From the human T2T-CHM13v2.0 reference genome, Homo sapiens: a DNA stretch of 64,000 nt. The DNA is taken from the NCBI RefSeq assembly GCF_009914755.1, contig NC_060947.1. One strand, written 5' to 3'. Under the pieces are notes generated by a model. It was given only the letters and a program-made list of their open reading frames with translations. It was not told where the DNA came from and did not search any database. The position numbers and the translations under genes were made by a program. Shown in pieces: positions 1 through 23,320 of the stretch; within the stretch, counting starts at the first letter, position 1; every line of letters begins with the position of its first letter.

Positions 1-4520
<4,520 letters not shown>

Positions 4521-4521
4521 A

Positions 4522-4729
4522 CAGGTTCAAGCGAATCTCATGCCTTGGCCTCCCCAGTAGTTGGGACTACAGGCGCCTACCACCATGCCCTGCTAATTTT
4601 TGCATTTTTAGTAGAGAGGAGGCTTCACCATGCTGGCCAGGCTGGTCTTGAACTCCTGACCTCAAGTGATCCACCCACCTTGGCCTTCCAAAGTGCTGGG
4701 ATTATAGGCGTGAGCCACTGTGCCTGGCC
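4522..4729 (-). mobile_element. 3'-truncated Alu (left arm plus part of right arm) joined to the SALL1 retrocopy
   Basis: Minus strand reads GGCCAGGCACAGTGGCTCACGCC to TTCGCTTGAACCTG, then passes straight into SALL1 sequence with no A-tail. Confidence 0.93.
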
Positions 4730-4764
4730 TGCATAGTACTTTTAATTTAATCTTGTCAGCTTAA

Positions 4765-5102
4765 TTTTTTTCTATGACTTTATTAAGTTATAATTGTTAT
4801 TCAGTAGACTACACATATTTAAAGTGTAGACAATATGATGAGTTTTGGCATATGCATGCACCCACGAAACCATCACAAGAATCAAGATAGTGAACATATG
4901 CATCACCTCCAAAAGTCTCCTCGTGTCCCTTTGTCATCCCTCCATCCCATCCCTTCCTCCTACCTTCCCATCCCCGTGAAACCACTGACTGCTTTCTGTT
5001 TGTATGGCCTAGAATTTTATAAAAATGGAACCATATAGTATATACTCTTTCATCTGGCTTCATTCATGCAGTGTAATTATTTTGAGATTCATTCATGATG
5101 TT
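4765..5102 (-). mobile_element. Old L1M 3'-end fragment
   Basis: Typical antisense L1M 3'UTR motifs (accactgactgctttctg, tggcttcattca, gagattcattcatg). Confidence 0.7.
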
Positions 5103-5493
5103 GTTGCCAAACACCAGAGGTTTGGCCTAGGTCCAGTTGCTCATCACACAGAAAGCCAATTACTGAGACAAGTGTTGTCCAGGAAAAAAGGCTTTATTGC
5201 AGGTGATGTCAACCAAGAGATGGGAGACAAGTCTGAAATCTGTCCCTTCAACTGATTAAAGTTAGGGGTTTATATAGCAGGAAAGGAAAACAGGAATTAG
5301 AGAGGGTTAGGGAAGAGGAGTTGGTCAATAGGCAGCAGGTGTATCATACTGTCTGGATGTGTTGATCTCTAAAGCCCCAGCCCCACTGACACCATCTAGG
5401 GGCCTATTGGCCAGTCTCCTAAGAAAGGAACTCAGACAAGACAAATGTAAGTTTCTAAAGCTTCAGTTTTATGGGAAACTTGGGCTAGTTTCA
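5103..5493 (-). mobile_element. Solo ERV1-type LTR (MER4-group like)
   Basis: TG..CA termini, an antisense AATAAA (ctttatt) near the left end, and resemblance to MER4-group LTRs. Confidence 0.6.
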
Positions 5494-6428
5494 AGGTTTC
5501 TTTAATGTGCTAACTTTATAGCCCCATCTAGTAAGTCTGAAGTTTCCAATTTTATACTCTCATTCTTTTGGCTAAAGTCTCTGATAGCTTTTATAATACA
5601 TGCCCTCTTGAGAAAGGTAAAATGTAGACATGATCAGACATGTACACTTTCAGGTGAAGATCTTGTCAGAATTGTTTTTCTGAGAATAGGTTTTGTTAGA
5701 AGTCTGGTAGGGCTAAGTTGGAAAGAATAATGCTTTTAGCATCTGACAGGTGTCCTTGAGAGAAACCAATAAAGCAGCCAAGGGAGGTTCTAACTCCTGA
5801 AAACAAATGTTTCAGAACTTCCAATGCTGTAGAGAGCTGGCCCTCTACAGGGCTTTTCTCCGTGAACTTCAACTTGCCTGTCGCGAAAATCTCTTCATAA
5901 ACATTCAGCTTCCTTTGGATCTGGGCTGTAAATACTTGCCTGGACTCAAGGATCCCCTAACTTTATGATGTACCTTTTATGTAAATATATGTTGACTTGC
6001 TGGTTTGTGTATGCATTGCATGTAAGGTCTCTTTTTAAAGCATAGATTTAAATATTATAGAATATAAAAGATAAATGTTTCTCTACTTTCTAAAATAAGA
6101 CACTTTATTTAGAATGTTAAGATAGCCCCTGCCTGTTATGTAGAACCATTAAGTATCTTGAAAAATTAATTGTTTGTTGCATATTTTTAAGAGCTCTGAC
6201 TGTAATCCTGAAATGATTTCTAATGACTGCGGGAGAGGAGGAGCTGACTGCTGCTACAAACACATGGACACCTGAATTCACACGTCTTAGTGGCCACTTT
6301 AGCCTTGAGAAGCTGATTATGAAAGATGTGAAACAACTCCAGAGTTCTGCAGGTGTATAGGGGATGAGGGTGGGTAGCAAATGCCATAAAAGAGCAACAA
6401 CAACCACCCTGATAAAAATATTAGGAAC

Positions 6429-6748
<320 letters not shown>

Positions 6749-6780
6749 TCATCATTATTTTAAAGCGTTATACCCTGGAA

Positions 6781-7468
<688 letters not shown>

Positions 7469-7499
7469 AGTAAAATATTCTAATATACATTTATTACAA

Positions 7500-8030
7500 A
7501 AAAAACCCCAGCTTTCTTGAGATATAATTTACATGCCATACAATTCACCCTTTTAAAGTGTGCAATTCAGTGGTTTATAATGTATTTACATGGTTGAGCA
7601 ACCACTGCCACAGTCTAATTTTAGGACATTTTTGCCCTCCCTAAAACAAACCCTGTGCCCGTTAACAGTCCCTCCCCATCCCCCCAACCCCTGCAACCAC
7701 TAATTTATCTTCTATCTCTATGGATTTGTCTATTCTGGATATTTCATATAAATGAAATAATACAATATGCTGTCTTTTGTGACTGGCTTCTCTCACATAG
7801 CATAATGCTTTCAAGGTTCACTCACTTTTAGCACGTATGAGTACTTTATTCCTTTTTATGACTGAATAATATTCCACTGCATGGAAAAACCACATTTTGT
7901 CTATCCATTCATCAGTTGGTGAACACGTGGGTTGTATCCATCTTTTGGCTATTACGAGTAACACTGCTATGAATATTCAAATACAAGTTTTTGTGCAGAC
8001 ATATTTTCATTTCTCTTGAATGAAAGGAAT
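7500..8030 (-). mobile_element. L1MB-like 3'-end fragment
   Basis: Antisense L1M 3'UTR motifs (tattctggatatttcatataaatg, tggcttctctcacatagcataatg). Confidence 0.8.
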
Positions 8031-8203
8031 GGTGTTTCTGGGGCATATAAAACACTTTTTAAACAGGAAGTTCTTCTTTTCAAGATACGTCTTATGGCAA
8101 ACCTCCAAATACAAGATATATCACAGTGGAGTGTTTGAAGTGAGGTTAGCTGGAGCTCCAGAGCCCTGCCTGGGCTGCCATTTGACAGCCCTGGTGGCCT
8201 TGA

Positions 8204-8526
<323 letters not shown>

Positions 8527-8712
8527 AAACAATATTTTTTCTTTTTAATGAACGATTATCAACCAAGCTCAGAACTTTAATCAAAAAGGATACAAACACA
8601 AAACAGTTTGGCAATTGCTGTCTGCTTCTTTGTGTCTAGGACACCTCCGTATTAAATCTCGAACATTGAAATCTCATCCTTCATTTCCTTCAGGTCTCAC
8701 ATCTTGGCTTGA

Positions 8713-9384
<672 letters not shown>

Positions 9385-9569
9385 ACGGATCTTACTTTTA
9401 TCTCCTCACTCCATGATAACTGTGCAGTTTATCTTGGGTTCCCCAGCAGTCTCCTTCTTATCTCTTTTTCTCTGGCCTATGCAGCCTGCCCCAGCCATGC
9501 TAAACTTCAGAACTGCATTGCTATGATTTGTTCTCTTCCTTTCTGTCAACATAAATTCAGATTCACTTA

Positions 9570-10100
9570 GTTTCTTCATTCATTCATCAGATATTTACGA
9601 TAACCAAGATTTACTATGCTCGGAACTGCAGGAGTTCCAGATATACAGGGAGGAGTTCCTGTCTTTCATTCAGACAGATAAGACAGTTACAGAATGCCCA
9701 CCTTAGAAGATGGTATATGCTAACAGCCGTTTGAACGGTACAAGCACAAAAATAGCTAGAGACGTCTTCATGTGAGATTGGGGATGACTTCGTAAATGGG
9801 ACAGCACTGAAGAACTGGCAGGAATTCTTTACATAGAGGTGGTATTAGGGCATCTGGTGGAGAGGGTGGCATAAGCAAGGTCACGGAAATAGGAAAACAC
9901 AGATGATATTCTGGCAATTATGAGTCAAATAATTAAAGCAGGTGAGTAATGAGACAAAGTAGTATGGTTACATAGACCAATGAGAATGGAAGGCTTTGAA
10001 AGCCTGCCCAAGGGGTTGAAGTTTATGTAGTGGACAATGGAAAACAAGTGAAGTGTTTGAAGGAATGACTGATGCAATCCAACCTGGAGTTTCTCTGATA
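9570..10100 (-). mobile_element. L2-like fragments
   Basis: A ttcattcattcat L2 tail motif followed by purine-rich L2-like sequence; highly diverged. Confidence 0.45.
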
Positions 10101-12189
10101 TTGTAGTTCCGCACCCTGGCCCACTGTTAGGAGATGATTCGGTAAAAAGGTTTTAACCAGAGGGAACTCCCTTCATTATTTCTTCTGGTTACTTTACCTC
10201 TCAGGGCCTGATTTTCCATGACAATAAATCAAAGGAGACTGGACAAAATGATCTTTCCAGCATCTCTATTCCTGAATCAAGCATGGACCAGGAAGCCCTG
10301 CTGCTTTTTGAAGAGTTAGGGACGAGTTGGGCTAAGGGCTGTGGGAAGATGACAAGGAACATTTGTGAGATTTCCATGGGGAAATGAGTCATATTTGGAA
10401 ACATCAGAAAGTAAGAAAATCTTTGTCTATAATCTATCCAGCTTCCCTCTTGCATATCTTTTTCCTTTTAGTGGCTTCCTCTCCACCTTTAATCTAGAAG
10501 TTTATAAAACGGCTTGGGGGATGAAGCACACATGCTTTGTCTTATTTTTCTATCCCTAGTACATAACACAGTGCCTGATTCATGGCCTGTCAGTAAGACT
10601 CTGATAATAAATAATTTCTTCCAACCCCTGTCAAAACCTACTCTCAGAGAGAAAATATGTAAGCAAATTCATACTAAGGTATAAATGGCTGATAACCATT
10701 TAAATTGTGATCCATATACTAAGAGGAATTTTTCTTATAAGTAATGGAATAGCCCTTTGCTAAAATCAAAACCCATTTCTAATAGTGGCATACATAGAAC
10801 TAGGGGAGGCTTCAGGATGGCAGCAGTGATATTTCCAGTTGGGATCTCAGCCACTATTAGTCCCTCTTATCCTAAAGGGGCTTCTCAATTCCCACCTAGA
10901 GGCTAAGCCTTGCCTCATTCTCTGCAATAGATGCTGTCTGTTCTCAGCAGAAATTTCTGGAGCCCTGTTTTAACATTCTGGAGCTCAATGTTGGGCTCTG
11001 CTTGCTTCAAAACTGGTTCTGGGTATTTATAGCTCATTTCATAGAACTAGGCTTCTGTTTGGTTTCTCCAGCCTGGGTATATGCCGCGACAACATGTCCA
11101 CTCCCCTGGACACTCTCAGATAACAGTTCTGTGCTTATCTCTTTCTAGTATATCTTAACACCTTTCTCCCATCTGACTCTGCATGGAGTCAACTTTTACC
11201 TTTGATATCTAGCCCAGTACCCATCACCTTTCTCCCTGTTGTAAGATGACCCTGCTGCTGACTCCCAACTTGCTTAGACTTCCAAGAATCAGCAGCCAAT
11301 GTGTAGCCTGCCACTGATACCCTGTCTTCCTACCCTGAGAACCAGCCAGAATTCCTGGCACTTCAAATTGGAACTTCCCCTGTCCCCTCAGCCAAACCTA
11401 ACTACTGACCTAGACTGCCCTCTGCCATTTGTTCCCAGAGCCCCTGGGCATTACATTTGTCCTCTTGAAAGGGAATGCCTCTGCATCTGAAGTTGAGTCA
11501 GCTCTCCTGTGATAAGGGCTTAGTGGGTCTACTTCTAAGCCCTGGCTTTATCTTAATTGAACTGACCTTGCCATGGCCTGGAAGATGGCAAGCAAGCATT
11601 TATCTGGAGCACCTGATATCAGACTCTGGAGCTAATGATCTACCCTGCTAGGTTATAAGGAAAGCTTCACGGCTAACATTTTCTTGTGGGAGTCACCCAG
11701 GCAACTGAGGCTGCCTTGTTGCCACAAGATAACCTTCCATATAGATATTTTTCTCCAGTTAGACATCCTTTATTCAACTTGGGGGTTGCATTTGTCCAAA
11801 ATTTTCTTCCTTGGCATGTAGGATAGTTGACCTAACTACCTACTATGGTCTTCCACCTGCCTTCTTGTATTAAATGCCTGTTGCATTTGTCCTAGGCAGA
11901 AATGAATTTCATTGATAGAGGGACCATATATCTGCACTGGGTGGATAGATTCCTTTATGGTGTAATTCCAGGGATTCACAGAAAGTATCTGCTCCCAAAT
12001 ATGTCTCCCACATGATGATGTGTGTCATCATTATTTCCATCCAATCTCTCCAATGGGTGGGCCTCAATTTCTACTTGTTTTCAAAGACTCAGAGTAACTT
12101 GGAGAGAAGGACACAGCAACGAGGAAGAAAATATAGTTAGTAATTATGATTACTTCTTTTGGATCCTCCCTATTATACACCAAGGTGTA

Positions 12190-12570
12190 TAATATGAATT
12201 TAAAAGAATTTATTGGCTTACACAAATGGGAACTGCAGGGATCCATGCTTTGGGGGTACAGCTGGATCCAGGGGCTCAAATAGCTTCATCAGTGCTCCCT
12301 CATGGTGCCTTCTCTGGTATGCAAAAAAGGTCCCAGGGAGGACTCTGATTGGTTGATTTGTGTAATGTGCCCTCCTTTCATCCAAACACTCTGCTTAAGA
12401 GGATGGTCGATGCTGCTTGGCTAGCCTAAATCACAGGAGGCCCAGCCCAATGGTCAGGAGGGGAAAATAGTTTCACTCTAAAGAAACTACGAGAATATTG
12501 GGTTATCTGCAGGGTAAAGGGGTTCCCTTACCAGAGAAGGGCAAATAGATGCTGAGATGGAAACAGTCAG
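12190..12570. mobile_element. Old MaLR (MLT1-like) LTR fragment
   Basis: Motifs gaatttattggctta and cagctggatccaggggctcaa are typical of old MLT1 elements. Confidence 0.5.
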
Positions 12571-12990
12571 ATGTCTATTTTAAGGGTCAGGGGGATAAAG
12601 GGGCTGTACTGCATATTTGCCTAGACCTCACTTTGGGTTATCCATTGCTCACTTCATTATCCCTTGTTAAAATATAAAGGTGGGAGTGGGGCTAAGGAAT
12701 CATGCTGAGTCTTAACTCAGTGTGAAAGGGTTTGTTCAAAATGTTCTATTCCCACTGACCCAGGCCATAGAACACTTTGGAGAACAAGTCTGGAAGCCTA
12801 AAATGGGAGGGTCCTAAAAAAAAGCACAAAGGAGGGCACAAAGCGGGGTACCAAGAACCAGTGGATATCCCTGGCCTATCCTATAGCATGGTCCTGGGCC
12901 AAGAGCCAGCCTGAGGATTTGCATATCTGCATGTAAATGGATCTTAAGTTCTGGCATTCATCTTGAGCAGCTTGGAGCTCAAGATGAGGT

Positions 12991-13060
12991 TCCTTTCCCA
13001 TCTCTCCCCTCCCCTCCTCTCCCCTCCTCTCCCTTCGCCTCCCCTTCCCTTCCTTTCCCC
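12991..13060 (+). repeat. Polypyrimidine (CCCCT/CCTT) low-complexity tract
   Basis: Seen directly. Confidence 0.85.
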
Positions 13061-14399
13061 TGAGCACCTTTTCACCCCAGGAGCTGTTCACAGCTCCTTC
13101 TTCAGAAGTCTTCTCTCTCTTCAGATAAGATGGCTTTCTCTCCTTCGCCCTACAGACACACTCCAAGGACAGTGACACATACACATTCAGACAGAATTCA
13201 CGATTACATTTTGACGAGAGATGCCATTTTATCTAAAAGCACCGTCCATGTGCCAATCTAAGGGCAGAAATTAAACCCTAAACCAACACAATTACAAGTC
13301 AATAGTATCATTAGAAAAGACTATCACTAAAACGTTTGTGTATTGTGGCTTAAATTCAATCATGGTAGGAAATTTGAGCTGTTTCTGGGAGATAAGTCTT
13401 GCATAACCAGAAACTGAATGCTCTCTTCTTTTCCCACCAGCAGCCTCATCTCCACTAGTTTCTAAGAGCCAACCTGTCCTTAGCTCCATTGAACTATGGC
13501 TATGGTTACTTCAGGGTCTTACAATGATGGTATCCTTTCTACTCCTTGAAAATTATGTTTGCCATAATTACCTCTCTTGTGTCCTTTTCTTAAGACCAAC
13601 GACTTTGCTATTAGTGTTGAAGGAAGGGGCCAGCACTCCTAAGCATCCATCCACTTGTAAGCAAGTACGTCCGTCCAGGCTACCATTAATATCTTTTGTT
13701 TCAGAGCTTTTTGCTTTATTTCACAAGCACTCTTGTCTTGTTTCTTGCATAGGATCTCCTCATGACCAGGTTCTATAAAACTCAAGAGCAATTTGAGTGT
13801 AAGAAACATTGCTCACCAGAACGTCCTTCCTACTCATGATGATACTCCTGTTTCCCTTTCATCAGCCCCTCATCGTTGATCTTCATAGACAAACTCTTGT
13901 CCCCTCCCCAAATTCTGTGTGGCTTGGTTTTTGACCCCAGTAGATGAGGTAACTGGGTGTGTCAGCAATTAGACTGACATCCCTGACCCCTGGCATTCAG
14001 TTGTAACAGTAGTCTCTGTCTCCAAATGGGGTTTCTCCTGCCTTGATGTTGGGCATTTCAGATGTACCCCCCAAGAAAAATGGAGTGATGTTTGCTGTGT
14101 GCTTCTGTCTGTTTGGCACAGGACCTGTTTCTCGGTGACTCCTAAAGCTATGTGCCTTTGGAGCAAAAGTCCAGACTGGCAGAAGGAGCCTGTTGAGTGC
14201 TGAAGAATTTAGAGACATCCATCTCCAGTTCAGTTGCTTTTCTGTCAAAATCTCAGTCCCTACATCTCTCAGAAATCCCAAACTGCTCCAATCATCCCAG
14301 CTTGCAATTTGGATACCTTTTAATGCTATGCTTTTTAACGTTATGAAAACCAAATGTGTCAGAATGTGTCTTTTTTTTTTTGTGGGCTCGCTGAGTGCT

Positions 14400-14840
14400 T
14401 TTGCACTACATCATTTATTGTCATGCATCTGTAGGCTTATAGTCTACTTAAAATTTTTTTATTTTACAATAATTTGAATTCATTCGCTTTCCAACCTGCT
14501 TATTGCAGTTCAGGGTGGCAGGTGGCCAGAGCCTATCCTGGCAGCTCAAAGGGCAAGGTAGGAACCCACCCTGGCCAAGATGCCATCCCATCGCAGGGCA
14601 CACTTACACAGACACTCACACTCACTTAGACCGGTACCATGTAGACACACCCGTTCACCTAATGTGCACAGCTTTGGGATATGGGAGAAAACTGGAGTAA
14701 CTGGAGAAAACCCATACAGACATGGGTAGAACCTGCAAACTCCACACAGACAATAGACCTGCTGGGAATGGATTTTTTCCCTGATCAAGGTAATAATAAA
14801 ATAATGTTGAAACAAATGACATTTTTCGAGGACTTCTGTA
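14400..14840. mobile_element. MER6-like TcMar-Tigger DNA transposon fragment
   Basis: The terminus ttgaaacaaatgacatttttcgaggacttctgta resembles the MER6 TIR plus TA. The internal core reads tttgggatatgggagaaaactggag..cctgcaaactccacacagac. Confidence 0.7.
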
Positions 14841-15694
14841 ATGCTAACTGAAAAATAGTTGAACTCAACTTTATAAATATTGACTATAGGTTTGTTATTG
14901 TTGTTTTTAAAAGAAGCCCAAGCAACAGTAAAGCTAAGGAGAGATTATTCAGTTTTGTTACACGGGAGGGAGAGAAGTTAATTTCTGTTGCTTTGGTGTT
15001 TTGTATTTATCTCTCATTACAAAATTGGATAAAAACACAATTTTAAAGGCTGCACTATATATTGTCATTTATCAAGGACAGGAAAAAGTGAAACCCATAC
15101 ATCTCCATTATGTGGTTTCTGAAAGCTGTGCAAATCTTGAACACAAGCTGAAACATCATAGAAACCATATCTCAGAGCTGTACAAATTTCCTGCTGATTA
15201 TACAGAGAAAGAACATGTGATTACCAAGAGCCTTGAGTAGATGTAGGAGAAAATAATGTTGGGTTAGGTATCTGGTTGGTTTATCTGATGCCAGAGTTTT
15301 ATCTATTTGGGTCTGATGCTTTGATTGTTTGGGCTTCGTTGTTTTTTTTTTTTTTTTTTTTTTTTTGTAAGTGAGAGAGGCCAGTATGGGATAGAGGAAG
15401 GAGGCAAAGTGTTGGTGGATTTCCCACATTAATCTAGCCAATACCACATTTCAATGTTGTAAGCTTCCTTTTTCTTATGGTCTTATCCTTCTTGCCCCAT
15501 AAGCTTGGCATCCTCTAATGGTTATTTTTACTCTGTTATCCATCTCTAATAGCAAAAATAATCTAAATAAAATATAGCCTCAACTGTGAGGCTATTTTCC
15601 TCTAAGGAGCTAGATGCTGTTAAGGGTTGTAGACACAGACTTTATTTCATTTAATAGTGATGATTTTTCTTTTCATCCTTGTGCCTGTATTAAG

Positions 15695-16238
15695 TGTAGC
15701 AGGACAGGGAAGCCCCCTGCCAAAATTGGGGCTTAGCCCCTGAGGGCTCTTGGCTTTGCCCAGGAAGGAATTCAAGGGCCAAGTGGTGGTGTTATATGGC
15801 AATCTTCTATTGAATGGTACTGCTCCTTGCCTAGCAGGGCTAACTCACAGGCAGTGTGGTCCAGAGTCAGCAACTTAGGGGTTCTTGGCAACTGCATTAA
15901 TACTCACGTAAATCCACTTTCAATCACATGCAAATTAAGGGGTCAGTCAATGCAAATTGAGGGGCAGGTTATTTAGACCTTTCTAAGAAAAGGGTGGTAA
16001 CTTCCAAGCCATTGTTACGGAAAGAGGTGGTGACTTCTGGGTCATTGCTGTGGCATTTGTAAACTGCCATGGTGCTAGTTGGAGTGTCTTATGCCAATGA
16101 GCAATGAGAGCAACTAAAGATCACTTTTGCCTTCTGCTGGTTCCTGCTCGTTTCTTCACTTTATCCCATCTGGACCAGATACTGTTTTGGTCAGCAGGGT
16201 TTTGACCAGAGAACAACTCCTGCTGGTCTGCTACCTCA
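15695..16238 (-). mobile_element. Solo ERV1 LTR (LTR19/MER61-like)
   Basis: TG..CA ends flanked by a 4-bp TSD TAAG (15691-15694 and 16239-16242). Confidence 0.8.
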
Positions 16239-16531
16239 TAAGCAGGGCACAAAATCTAGTGGGTCCCACCATGATTTGCCTCTTTGGAGCAGCCAAGATA
16301 CCTGAGTCTCTGTACTTTGACATCAAATTCCACTTACATAAGGCAGCTCTGAAAAGTCAGAGGGTAGTGGGCCTGGGTCAACACTGTCTGCTTTCATCAG
16401 TCATATGCCTGAGACCCAGGGTGGGGAGATTCACATTGCCACCATTCAGGCATGTACAGAAGCCTTCATTAACATGTGCTTCTTGAGTACAGGAAAGAAT
16501 GGGGCAGGGACCCTTATGAGTCTTTAAAACA

Positions 16532-18058
16532 TTTTTTTTCTAATTTTTAATTTTTATGCACACACAATAGGTGTATATACTTATGGGGTACATGTGATGT
16601 TTTGATAAAGGCATACTATGTATAATAATCACATCAAGGTAATTGGGGTATCCATCACTTCAAGCATTTATCATCTCTTTGTGTTAGGAACATTCTAATC
16701 CAACTCTTTTAGCGATTTTAAAATATAAAATAAATTATTGTTGACTATAGTCACCCTGTTGTGCTATTAAATGCTAGATCTTATTCATTCTAACTATATT
16801 CTTTTACCCTCATCCCCACATTATCCTCCCTCCACTTGCTCCCCTATCCCTGCTACCCTTCCCAGCCTCTGGCAACAATCATTCTACTATCTCCTTGAGT
16901 TCAATTGTTTTAGCTTTTAGCTCCCACATATGAGTGAGAACATGTGACATTTGTCTTTCAGTGCCTGGCTTATGGTGCTTAACATAATGACCTCTAGTTC
17001 TATCCATGTTATTGCAAATGACAAGATTTCATTCTTTTTTTTATGATTGAATAATATTCCATTATGTATATTTACCACATTTTCTTTATCCATTCATCTG
17101 TTGATGGACACTTAGGTTGATTTCAAATCCTGGCTATTGTGAATAGTGCTGCAATAAACATAAGAATGCAGATATCTCTTTGATATACTGATTTCCTTTC
17201 TTTTGGGTATATATCTAGCAGTGGGATTGCTGGATCATATGGTAGCTCTATTGTTAATTTTTTGAGGAACTCCCAAACCTTTCTCCATAGTGGTTGTACT
17301 TATTCACATTGCCATCAACAGTGTACGAGGGTTGCCTTTTGTGTACATCCCCGCCAGCATTCATTATTGCCTGTCTTTTGGATAAAAGCCATTTTAACTG
17401 GGGAGAGATGATATCTCATTTTAGTTTTGATTTGCATTTCTCTGATGATCAATGATGTTGAGCACCTTTTCATATACCTGTGTGTCATTTGTAGGTCTTC
17501 TTTTCAGAAATGTCTATTGAGATCTTTTGCCCATTTTAAGGTCAGATTATTAGACTTTTTCCTGTTGAGTTGTTTGAGCTACTTATATATTCTGGTTATT
17601 AACAACTTGTCGGATGGGTAGTTTGCAAATGTTTTCTCCCATTCTGTGGGTTGTCTCTTCACTTTGTTGATTGTTTCCTTTGCTGTGCAGAAGATTTTGA
17701 ACTTGATGTGATCCTACTTATCCATTTTTTGATTTGGATGCTTGTGCGTTTGAAGTATTACTGAAGCAATCTTTGTCCACACCAATGCTCTGGAGAGTTT
17801 TCCCAATGTTTTCTAGTAGTAGTTTCATAGTTTGAGGTCTTAGATTTAAGTCTTTAATCCATCTTGAGTTGATTTTTGTAATGGCAAGAGGTAGGGGCCT
17901 AGTTTCATTCTTTGCATATGGATATCCAGTTTTCCCAGCACCATTTATTGAAGAGACTGTCTATTCCCCAATGTATATTCTTGCTACCTTTGTTGAAAAT
18001 GAGTTCACCAAAGATGTGTGGATTTATTTCTGGGTTCTCTATTCTGTTCTATTTCTAC
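16532..18058 (-). mobile_element. 5'-truncated L1 (L1MA/L1PB-like) 3' portion
   Basis: A T-rich tail followed by antisense L1 3'UTR and ORF2 C-terminus (ttgatttgcatttctctgatgatcaatgatgttgagc). Confidence 0.9.
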
Positions 18059-18109
18059 CATTTTAAGAAAACTACATTTGTGTGTGGGTGTGTGTGTGTG
18101 TGTAGTTCT

Positions 18110-21234
<3,125 letters not shown>

Positions 21235-21761
21235 TGCTTAAACAAGCAATCATGCACACTTCTGCAACAAGAAAAAACAGAAAGTCCCGCCACAAAAAAA
21301 GAATATTTAAAGAAGAAACAAATGGAAATTTTAGAAGTGGAAGATATGATAACCAAGGAAAAAATTCCCACTGAATGGGTTCAATAGCAGAATGGAGACA
21401 AGCAAAGAGTTAGTGAACACAAAGATAGATAAAAAGAAATTGTTCTATCTGGCCAAGAGCTGTGACTTACACCAGTAGTCCTAGCGCTTTTGCAGGCTGA
21501 AGTAAGACAACAGATGGCTGGATGCTAGCAGTTTGAGACCAGCCTGGGCAACATAGTGAGACCTCATCTTTATAAAAAACAATTAAAAATAGCTTGAGTG
21601 TGATGGCATGTGCCTGTAGTCAGCTACTGTGAAGGCTGAGGGAGGAGGATCCCTTGAGCCCAGGAGTTCAAGGCTGCAGTGAGCTATGATCTCACCACTG
21701 CTCTCCAGCTTGGGCAATAGAGTGAGACCCTGTGTCTAAAACAAAACAAAAAGAAATTGTT
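21235..21761 (+). repeat. Direct repeat copy 1 (old L1 ORF1 fragment containing a diverged AluJ)
   Basis: Aligns by eye to 32687-33215, including the Alu insertion point and private Alu mutations. Confidence 0.88.
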
Positions 21762-21879
21762 CAGTATGAACAAGTCAGAGAAAGAAACTGAAAGAAAAAG
21801 GAATACAACCTCGTGGACCTGTAAGAAAATACTAAAACATCTATCATTTGTAGCATCAGAATCACAGAAGAAGTGAAAA

Positions 21880-22257
21880 TATTAGGGAAACAGGAGTCTA
21901 GGACAGCCAGAGTGAAACCACTTGAAAATCAACTCCATCTTGAAATTAACAAGGCACATTCCTTGCCAGTCACAACCCATGGTCCTAGGATGTTTGCAGT
22001 TGAGAAAACAGAATAAAGATACCTACAAGGACATACTCCCACAGCAGCGGAAAGTGCAGGGATCCCAACACCCATAACAATATATGCGTTCAAAATAATT
22101 ATAGTTATGCTTTGATGTACTTACACATTAGAAAGTCAAGGATAGTTTTCTTTAAATCAATAGAACGATAAATTTCATCATGCTGTTAGCCCACCCACAC
22201 AAACGTACAGGTAAGTTGAGTCTTTACACAGACAAGACCCCTATGTAAGAAAAATGT
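21880..22257 (+). mobile_element. LTR fragment (LTR47-like) followed by an Alu (about 22258-22545)
   Basis: The start tattagggaaacaggagtctagg..caactccatcttg resembles an LTR U3. Confidence 0.55.
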
Positions 22258-22559
22258 GGCCAGGCCAAGGCTCACACCTGTAATCCTAGCACTTTGGGAG
22301 GCTGAGGTGAGCAGATCACCTGAGCTCAGAAGTTCCAGAGCAGCCTGGGCAACATGACAAAATCTTATCTGTACGAAACAATAGAAAAACTAGCTGGACA
22401 TGGTGGCATGTGCCTATAGTCCTATTCAGGAGGCTGAGGTGGGAGGATCCCTTGTGCCCAGGAGGTCAAGGCTGAAGTGAGCTGTGATAACACCACAGCA
22501 CTCCAGCCTGGGTGACAGAGTGACACTCTGTCTCAATTTTTAAAAATATAAAACAAAAA

Positions 22560-23320
22560 AGTACAAATTTATCAATCTAATTCACTACTTTAACAGATTA
22601 ATGAAAAAATGCGGTGATAATCACAATAGATGCAGTGTTTGATGAAACTCAACATATATCCAAAATGAATACTCTCAGCAAACTGGAGCAGAGTGGAATG
22701 ACTGACTGTTGAAGTCAATCTACAAAAAAAGTACGGTAAATATTATGTTGAAATGTTGAAATTTTTCCATTTCTGATCAGGGATAAGACAGGGATGTCCA
22801 CTATCGCCATTATACCAGTGGGTCTGCCCAATGCCCCTAAAATCAGAAAAGGAAATAAAAGTGTTTAAAATGGCAGCAACAGGCCGGGCGCAGTGGCTCA
22901 TGCCTGCAATCCCAGCACTTTGGGAGGCCGAGGTGGGTGGATCACTTGAGCTCAGGAGTTCAAGAACAAACTGGGCAACATGGCAAAACCACGTGTCTAC
23001 AAAAAATACAAAAGAAAACAGAAAAAAAAGTGGCAGAAACAAAATTGTTCTTATTCAAAGACGATATGATTCTGTATGTTGAAAACTGAAAAGGATCTAG
23101 AAGTAAACTTTTAGAATTAATAAGCATATTTAACAAGGTTGCTGGATAGAAACTCAATATGTAGGAATTATGCCTCTACATACCAGCTCAAACAGCTAGC
23201 ATATAAAATGTCAAAGAATGATACACATTTCAGAGCATCAAACACCTGGAAGTAAAATTAACAAAAGATGCACAAGACTTCTTTGCAGAAGGCTGTAAAG
23301 CTTTATTGGGAGAATTTTAA
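22560..23320 (+). mobile_element. Old L1 ORF2 (RT region) fragment containing an Alu monomer (about 22880-23035)
   Basis: L1 ORF2 motifs atcagggataagacagggatgtccactatcgcc, gacgatatgattctgtatg and aacaaggttgctggata. Confidence 0.75.
23302..23307 (-). terminator. PAGE1: PAGE1 polyadenylation signal AATAAA
   Basis: TTTATT on the + strand about 65 nt past the stop, in the GAGE-family context CCCAATAAAGCTTTACAGCCTTCTGCAAAG. Confidence 0.88.
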
